DNA of 64,000 bases from an uncultured Verrucomicrobiae bacterium. Its GTDB lineage: Bacteria; Verrucomicrobiota; Verrucomicrobiia; Chthoniobacterales; JAFAMB01. The first letter of the stretch is position 1. Each line of letters begins with the position of its first letter. The notes beneath the pieces are model-generated. The model ran no database searches, was not told the origin of the DNA, and saw nothing but the letters and a program-made list of their open reading frames with translations. This document shows positions 58,532-64,000 of the stretch, one piece after another. The stretch is from NCBI GenBank assembly GCA_963837955.1, contig CAWIPH010000002.1, positions 736,001 through 800,000 on the forward strand. The letters run 5' to 3'. The translations under genes were made by a program, and so were the position numbers.

Positions 58532-58987
58532 TGCTTTTCGCTCGGCATATGCTGGATAAACCGATATGCCGCCACACAGTGTAATGTGCCGCACTCTCCG
58601 AGATGCTCATCGGTACTCATCTCTTGTCATTGAGTGCATTGGCGATTTATCACTCGTCGTGAAAGTCGTAGCGAGCCAACTGGCGAAGATCACTTGCCCA
58701 ACAAGCCGGTGATACATCCAGAACACGGTCCAGAGGCAATCCACATTCCTCCGGCCCCGGATGCCAGCGCCTCAACCCTGCCGGCCGCGCTCCTGTGCAG
58801 GTTGCGGTGCGCACTGTAATCGTCAGGTTAATGAGTAATTGCTTGAGGAAGCCTTTTTTTAAACCGTGCACCCCGGCTGCGATACGCGGCTCATGGGGGG
58901 AATATAAATTAGCGCAGGTGCCAGGGTTTAGAGATCAGGGAGCAGCAATCAGGGATCGCAAAATTCATACTTGACACCGATAGAAAA

Positions 58988-59009
58988 TCCACAACCATAT
59001 GGTTGTGGA
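58988..59009. promoter_or_regulatory. ArsR autoregulatory operator overlapping the start codon
   Basis: Perfect 22-bp palindrome TCCACAACCATATGGTTGTGGA; TTGACA at 58971. Confidence 0.8.
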
Positions 59010-59352
59010 TAGATTGGGTACAACATTTGCGGCTTTGTCTGATCCCACCCGTAGGGCGATGATCGAACGACTCTCACAAGGGCCTGCCTCTGTGCATGGA
59101 TTGACGGAACCGTTTGCACTCTCGCAGCAGATGATTTCAAAACATATTGCCTACCTGGTGCGGGCGCGGATTGTGATCAAGACGAAGCGTGGACGAGAGA
59201 GTGTGTGCACGCTTAGGCCCGAGGCCATAAAGACAGTCAGCGACTGGGCGATTAGCTATCGCCGATTCTGGGAAGAGAGTTTCGACAAGCTGGATGCGGT
59301 TGTGAATGAAATGAAGAAAGCGGAGATCAAACATGACAAAAAACACGGTTAA
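58999..59352 (+). CDS. ArsR/SmtB-family regulator
   Basis: FAALSDPTRRAMIERL, SQQMISKH, RGRE...L, FWEESFDKL. Confidence 0.92.
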   Translation: MVVDRLGTTFAALSDPTRRAMIERLSQGPASVHGLTEPFALSQQMISKHIAYLVRARIVIKTKRGRESVCTLRPEAIKTVSDWAISYRRFWEESFDKLDAVVNEMKKAEIKHDKKHG

Positions 59353-59842
59353 CGAGACAGAGCGGATGGTTGTAACAAGAGTTTTTGATGCCCCACGCGA
59401 ATTGGTTTGGAAGGCGTGGACAGACCCGAAATATGTGATGCAGTGGTGGGGGCCGAAGGGTTTTACTGCGCCTGTTTGCAAGATGGATTTTCGTGTAGGA
59501 GGGAAATTTCTCTGCTGCATGAGAGCGCCGGATGGGCAGGAGTTCTGGAATGGTGGTGAATACCACGAGATTGTTCTGCACGAGAAGATTGTTTCCTCCA
59601 TGTACTTTTCCGATCCGCAGGGAAACAAGGTTGAGCCTGCGCACTATGGAATAGAACATGAGGCCATTGACGGTGCGCACGACGTGATTATTTTTGAGGA
59701 TCTTGGAAACGGCCAGACGAAACTCACCTTAATTGGAAATGAAACCATGGAGAACGCAAAAAATAGCGGTCAGGTAGAGGGCTGGAACCAGATACTCGAT
59801 AAATTTGCTGCAGTTGTTGCCGGGCTAGCGCAGGCGAAATAA
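59333..59842 (+). CDS. SRPBCC/AHSA1 domain protein
   Basis: VTRVFDAPRELVWKAWTDP..QWWGP, DFRVGG, GWNQILDK. Confidence 0.92.
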   Translation: MTKNTVNETERMVVTRVFDAPRELVWKAWTDPKYVMQWWGPKGFTAPVCKMDFRVGGKFLCCMRAPDGQEFWNGGEYHEIVLHEKIVSSMYFSDPQGNKVEPAHYGIEHEAIDGAHDVIIFEDLGNGQTKLTLIGNETMENAKNSGQVEGWNQILDKFAAVVAGLAQAK

Positions 59843-60043
59843 GAAGTTGAAGTTTTGATGATCGTCATGCGCGAGATACTGAACGTAAAGCAAACGCAGG
59901 TCCATCCCCGCCACCCCAACCAAGGGTGGCGGCGGAGGCTTAGTTCAAAAGCGCTTCTCGCCACTTGGCCGAATAGTCGCCTTTCCGGACAAGTGACCCT
60001 AGGCTCGACTGTTGCCTTCAGGCCGAGTCACTCATCGGCAAAC

Positions 60044-61207
60044 TCAGACCACTCGCCGTGCAGCTCTAAAACGAAGCTCTTCCGCATTGAGTTCTCCGAT
60101 CTCCATGTCTCGAAAGAAGACTCTATAAAACCCTGGTGTGATCAACTCGAATGCCAACTCTTCGAAGCGGAATACCTCGCTGATGAAGACTCTATTTTTG
60201 TGCCAGCTGATGTCGCCGCTATTGTTTACCCGTCGCAGAAGGAGACCCTTCAGGTACGTGAACTCCGGCAACTTGCGCGGTAGTCGGACGGAGCTTGGGT
60301 GGTAGAGACTTGCTGGGACATGATTGTTCAGGCCCTCATGCGGGCGCTCGTTATTGAACACGTAGCGAAAGTTATCGAAGCGGCTCTGCTGTGCGCGAAG
60401 GGATGCCGCAGGCGGTTTCGTCGTGTCCTCCTTCAGCGTGCGATGCATCCGCTCATGGCGACCGTTTTGTTGCGGTCGGCCTGCTTGAATGCGCTCATGT
60501 ACGATTCCGAGCTTCATCCAGCCGAGCGAGAGCTTGGACAACCCCAGTAGCCCCGTGCCCGCAAACGGTGCGCCGTTGTCGGTCCTGATCCTTGCTGGCA
60601 CTCCATACTCTCGCATAGCTGCTTCGCAGATTGCTCGGACTTGGCTGAGGTCCATACGCGAGACGATCTGGCAACGGATCAAATAACGGCTATGCGCGTC
60701 GGTGATGGTGAACGGATCGCAGCGCTTGCCGTCGCCGGTGGCGAAGTAGCCTTTGAAATCCATGCACCATAGCTGATTCGGACCCGTGACCTGAGAGAAC
60801 GGCTCAGAGCACGGCGTGGTGCGTTTTCTCTTCTTCTGGGGACTGGTCAAGCCTGCACGGCTCAAGATGTTGCCGAAGGTACTAGCTGCAGGCCACACCA
60901 CGTCTGGCTGTAGCATCTCCAGCCTTGCCTTGAGCTTCCGCGCGCCCCAGGACGGATGCTTGGCCCGAAGCGCAAAGATCGCGTTCTCGACCGGCTCTAG
61001 CGTCGCGTGGGAACAACCATGCGGGCGGCGGCTGCGATCTACGAGTCCTTCCGGCCCCGTCTCGTTGTAGCGGTTGATCCAGCGGTAGCCGGTTGGGCGG
61101 GAGATTCCATACTCACGGCACAGGTCCGCTACGGACATCTCCTCTTTCTGATAACTCGACAAAAACTGAAGACGTTGATCCATGATCCGACTCTCTTTCC
61201 AGGGCAT
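60044..61207 (-). CDS. IS481-family transposase
   Basis: MPWKE start, HTH GISRPTGYRWINRY, DRSRRP, WGARKL, DDE motifs WCMDFKG / RTDNGAPF / QQNGRHERMHRTLK, NNERPHEGL. Confidence 0.95.
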   Translation of the reverse strand: MPWKESRIMDQRLQFLSSYQKEEMSVADLCREYGISRPTGYRWINRYNETGPEGLVDRSRRPHGCSHATLEPVENAIFALRAKHPSWGARKLKARLEMLQPDVVWPAASTFGNILSRAGLTSPQKKRKRTTPCSEPFSQVTGPNQLWCMDFKGYFATGDGKRCDPFTITDAHSRYLIRCQIVSRMDLSQVRAICEAAMREYGVPARIRTDNGAPFAGTGLLGLSKLSLGWMKLGIVHERIQAGRPQQNGRHERMHRTLKEDTTKPPAASLRAQQSRFDNFRYVFNNERPHEGLNNHVPASLYHPSSVRLPRKLPEFTYLKGLLLRRVNNSGDISWHKNRVFISEVFRFEELAFELITPGFYRVFFRDMEIGELNAEELRFRAARRVV

Positions 61208-61715
61208 ACATCATCGTCGTGCGTGCCCAAATACCGAGTATCCGTAGCCGTCGCGCTTCGCTGTAAACCATGTCTCCGGTCTGTTTTGTAACGGAAGTGC
61301 TAAGTGCGCCACAACGGCATCCAAATTCGCGCTGTCGGATAGCGTTTACCAATGTCCAAACGCAAACATTCCGGATAGCTGCAGGTTTACGGCGCATCTG
61401 GAAGTTGGGACCTCAGGTCGTGGTGGAGCTACAATGATCTTGCCGGGCGAAACGGAAGCGGGCTCTGCCCGGACGCAACCCATGCTGAGGGATACTCCGG
61501 TGGGCTCATCGAGACGATGAGCGGAGCGCGGCGGTTTCGTTTCCGCGCTTCTAAAACAACCCACATCGGATCGGTAGACCCTGATGCCTTGAAAATATCC
61601 GCCCGAAGGGCGGAATGCTCACTAGCGGAGAGCGCCCTCTCTCCATTTCAGGCGCTGAACCAACACAGAATTACTAGTCTCCCGTGACCGTTCAAGCGAG
61701 GGTATCAAACAGCCT

Positions 61716-62123
61716 ATGAGTGTACATGTCTACGGGGTGAATCACGTTGCCATCGAAGTAAACGACATCGAGAAAGCCAAGGCGTTTTACCAGGAGGTCT
61801 TTAATCTCGAATTACAGAACGGTGGCGAGGGCGATGCATTCTTCAAAGTGGGAGAACATCAGTTCCTCGCAATGTTTGAAGTAGAAAAGCTATCGTCACC
61901 GGACGGCCGACACTTCGGCTTGATCGTTCGCGACGAAACGCAGTTAGCAGAAGTTCGGGAGAAAGTTACCAAAAAATACGGGCTAAAGCTCATCCCACCT
62001 TTTCGGTGTGTTTTCCGCGATCCGTTTGGAAACCGAATCGATGTGGTGGATCTCCACGATGAATCGCTAGTCTGGTTATTGCCCTACCAGGAAGTTCAAA
62101 AAGCAGGGATTCGTTTCAGCTGA
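61716..62123 (+). CDS. VOC/glyoxalase family protein
   Basis: GVNHVAIEVNDIEKAKAFY, HFGL, FRDPFGNRIDV. Confidence 0.9.
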   Translation: MSVHVYGVNHVAIEVNDIEKAKAFYQEVFNLELQNGGEGDAFFKVGEHQFLAMFEVEKLSSPDGRHFGLIVRDETQLAEVREKVTKKYGLKLIPPFRCVFRDPFGNRIDVVDLHDESLVWLLPYQEVQKAGIRFS

Positions 62124-62215
62124 CGGCGCGCTGGGAACAGATTTCAGGGCTCGCCGCCGTAAGTTGCATCCATTTCCCCATTGCAATCGCCAGCGACTGA
62201 AGAGAGACTTTTGGC

Positions 62216-62731
62216 ATGGTTACCCACCCCAAGGTCATCGCTCCGATCAACGAACAGATCGGGTATGAATTCACCGCGATGCTGCAGTATTACGCCATCG
62301 CTGCGCATTTTGGGGCCGAAGCGTTACCTGAACTAGCCGGCCATTTCCAAAAGCAAGCGGAGGAGGAAAAGGAACACGCGTTGCGTTTTATCCAATTTCT
62401 CGTCGATGCCGGCGCCCGCGTGAACATTCCTGCAGTGCCGGCTCCTCAAGCACAGTTCAAAACCGCCGAAGATGCGGTGAAATTATCGCTTGAGCAGGAA
62501 GAGCGAGTCTCCGAGCAAATCAATGCCCTGGTGTCCCTGGCCAAAGCCGAATCGGATTATACCACCGACAATTTTCTCCAGTGGTTCGTGAAGGAACAGT
62601 TGGAGGAAGTTGCTTCCATGGATCAGTTGTTACGAGTTGTTCAGCGGGCCGGCGAAGGCAATCTCCTGCGTGTGGAAGAGTATCTGGCGCGCGAGAAGGG
62701 CCACGCGACTGCTTTGCCACAGGCAGAATGA
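62216..62731 (+). CDS. ftn: Non-heme ferritin
   Basis: INEQIGYE, QAEEEKEHA, EQE..V...IN, DY.T.NFLQWFVKEQLEE. Confidence 0.92.
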   Translation: MVTHPKVIAPINEQIGYEFTAMLQYYAIAAHFGAEALPELAGHFQKQAEEEKEHALRFIQFLVDAGARVNIPAVPAPQAQFKTAEDAVKLSLEQEERVSEQINALVSLAKAESDYTTDNFLQWFVKEQLEEVASMDQLLRVVQRAGEGNLLRVEEYLAREKGHATALPQAE

Positions 62732-62833
62732 TCGGGAATACTCCTTTGGGAGTAAAAGGCCGCCTTCCCTCGTTTTGAGCTTTTGTAGGCGTGCTCGCGT
62801 CTCTCAAACTTGCGTCTCTAACCAGAGAGACAC

Positions 62834-64000
62834 ATGCCAGAAAAAATCGTCGACTTATCCGCGAGCCTTCGCGGGAACGTGATAACTCCCGCCTCCAGCG
62901 AATATGACGTCGCCCGCAAAGTGTACAATGGAATGATTGATCGCCATCCCGACGCAATCGTCCGCTGCGCGAACGTGGCCGACGTACGGACTGTGGTGAA
63001 TTTTGCCAGAAAGGAAGGGCTCAGAGTTGCGGTGCGTGGTGGCGGGCACAACGGTGCCGGACTGGCCGTGTGTGATCAGGGAATCGTAATTGACCTTTCT
63101 TCGATGAAAGGGGTGCGAGTTGATCCCGCCACAAATACCGTGCGAGCGGAGGCTGGGTGTACCCAGGCAGATCTCAATCATGCGGCTGCTAGTTTCGGAT
63201 TGGCGGTCCCTGCTGGTGTCGTTTCTACCACCGGCATTGCCGGGCTAACCTTAGGTGGTGGAACGGGCTACCTCACCCGGAAATTTGGTTTGGCCCTCGA
63301 CAATCTGTTGGAAGTCGATGTGGTGTTGGCCGATGGCAGCTTTGTTTCGGCAAATGCCAAAGCGAATGCGGATCTTTTCTGGGCCATCCGAGGTGGCGGC
63401 GGAAACTTCGGCATCGTTACTTCGTTTCTCTTTCGTGGACACCCGATTGATCAAGTTTACGCCGGTCCCATGCTTTGGGAGATGGAGCATGCGCGCGAGC
63501 TTTTAGAGTGGTACCGAGAATTTGCCCCAGAGCTACCGGACGAGCTGTACGGATTTTTCGCCTTCTTGAAGGTGCCCCCTGGTCCCCCTTTTCCGGAGGA
63601 GCTCCATGCTAAGACAATGTGCGGAATCGTCTGGGCTTACTGCGGTCCGCTCGACAAGGTCGAAGAGGCGTTTCGCCCAATTAGAAAGTTCCGATCACCG
63701 AAATTTGAGCTTACGGGCCCGATGCCTTACGTGGCATTACAGAGCATGTTCGATGCTATCTATCCGCCGGGCGATCAGTGGTATTGGAGAGGTGACTTCT
63801 TGGCTCAAATTCCGGATGCGGCGATCGACGAGCATATTAAGTTTGGGGAGCGATTACCCACCCTGAAGTCGACTATGCACTTTTATCCGGTCGACGGTTT
63901 TGCCGGTCGGGTCGACCGTCACGAGACCGCCTTTAGCTACCGTGATGCCAAGTGGTCGATGGTTATTGTGGGGGTAGATCCGGATCCTGCCAACGCCGAC
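62834..64000 (+). CDS. FAD-binding oxidoreductase (FAD_binding_4/BBE-like), runs off window end
   Basis: Not in ORF track. Manual translation: MPEKIVDL...YDVARKVYNGMIDRHP...VAVRGGGHNGAG...VSTTGIAGLTLGGG.G...DLFWAIRGGGGNFGIVT. Confidence 0.92.
   Translation, partial: MPEKIVDLSASLRGNVITPASSEYDVARKVYNGMIDRHPDAIVRCANVADVRTVVNFARKEGLRVAVRGGGHNGAGLAVCDQGIVIDLSSMKGVRVDPATNTVRAEAGCTQADLNHAAASFGLAVPAGVVSTTGIAGLTLGGGTGYLTRKFGLALDNLLEVDVVLADGSFVSANAKANADLFWAIRGGGGNFGIVTSFLFRGHPIDQVYAGPMLWEMEHARELLEWYREFAPELPDELYGFFAFLKVPPGPPFPEELHAKTMCGIVWAYCGPLDKVEEAFRPIRKFRSPKFELTGPMPYVALQSMFDAIYPPGDQWYWRGDFLAQIPDAAIDEHIKFGERLPTLKSTMHFYPVDGFAGRVDRHETAFSYRDAKWSMVIVGVDPDPANAD

Larger units (their letters stand above)
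58310..61313 (-). mobile_element. IS481-family element apparently carrying ArsR-SRPBCC passenger genes
   Basis: Imperfect ~50-bp terminal inverted repeats with internal doubled motif (58310-58359 and 61262-61313) enclosing the transposase; no clear target duplication. Confidence 0.65.

Noticed and set aside
58230..58871. Short ORFs over the IS end region
   Set aside because: They overlap the terminal repeat and structured motif and have no protein-like features.

Overview
Bacterial chromosomal window, probably from a diderm soil-type organism (TonB receptor present; a Verrucomicrobiota-like host is my inference only). Bases 1-26826 form a purine scavenging and catabolism supercluster. Uptake genes: TonB receptor, NMT1-type ABC transporter, NCS2 permease. 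Ring-degradation genes: single-chain xanthine dehydrogenase plus XdhC, uricase, UraD, UraH, allantoinase, allantoate amidohydrolase, ureidoglycine aminohydrolase, and a second M20 enzyme that closely resembles plant ureidoglycolate amidohydrolase. Also present are adenine deaminase, three signal-peptide-bearing nucleoside proteins (ADA2-like deaminase, NUP family, nucleosidase-like), an archaeal-like purine PRTase, a divergent MTAP/MTIP-like phosphorylase and two orphan cupins. Several of these units have sigma-54-like promoters. Next come a frameshifted LysR, two SDRs, DUF4256, a tautomerase remnant, an ABC-F ATPase and a hypothetical protein fused to a MerA C-terminus. A secreted FGE-domain protein lies divergent from a ribose-type ABC operon with mirror-image LacI operators. 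Then follow a secreted phosphoesterase, a GC-rich HTH/DUF899/DUF2182 module, a LacI/ABC/ADP-ribosylglycohydrolase operon and an epoxide hydrolase. A ~3 kb IS481-family element appears to carry ArsR-SRPBCC passenger genes and a strand-specific structured-RNA-like motif. The window ends with VOC, ferritin and a partial FAD oxidoreductase. Intergenic regions hold many palindromic and short tandem repeats. No rRNA, tRNA or CRISPR array was recognised. All family calls come from motif recognition by eye, not database searches.
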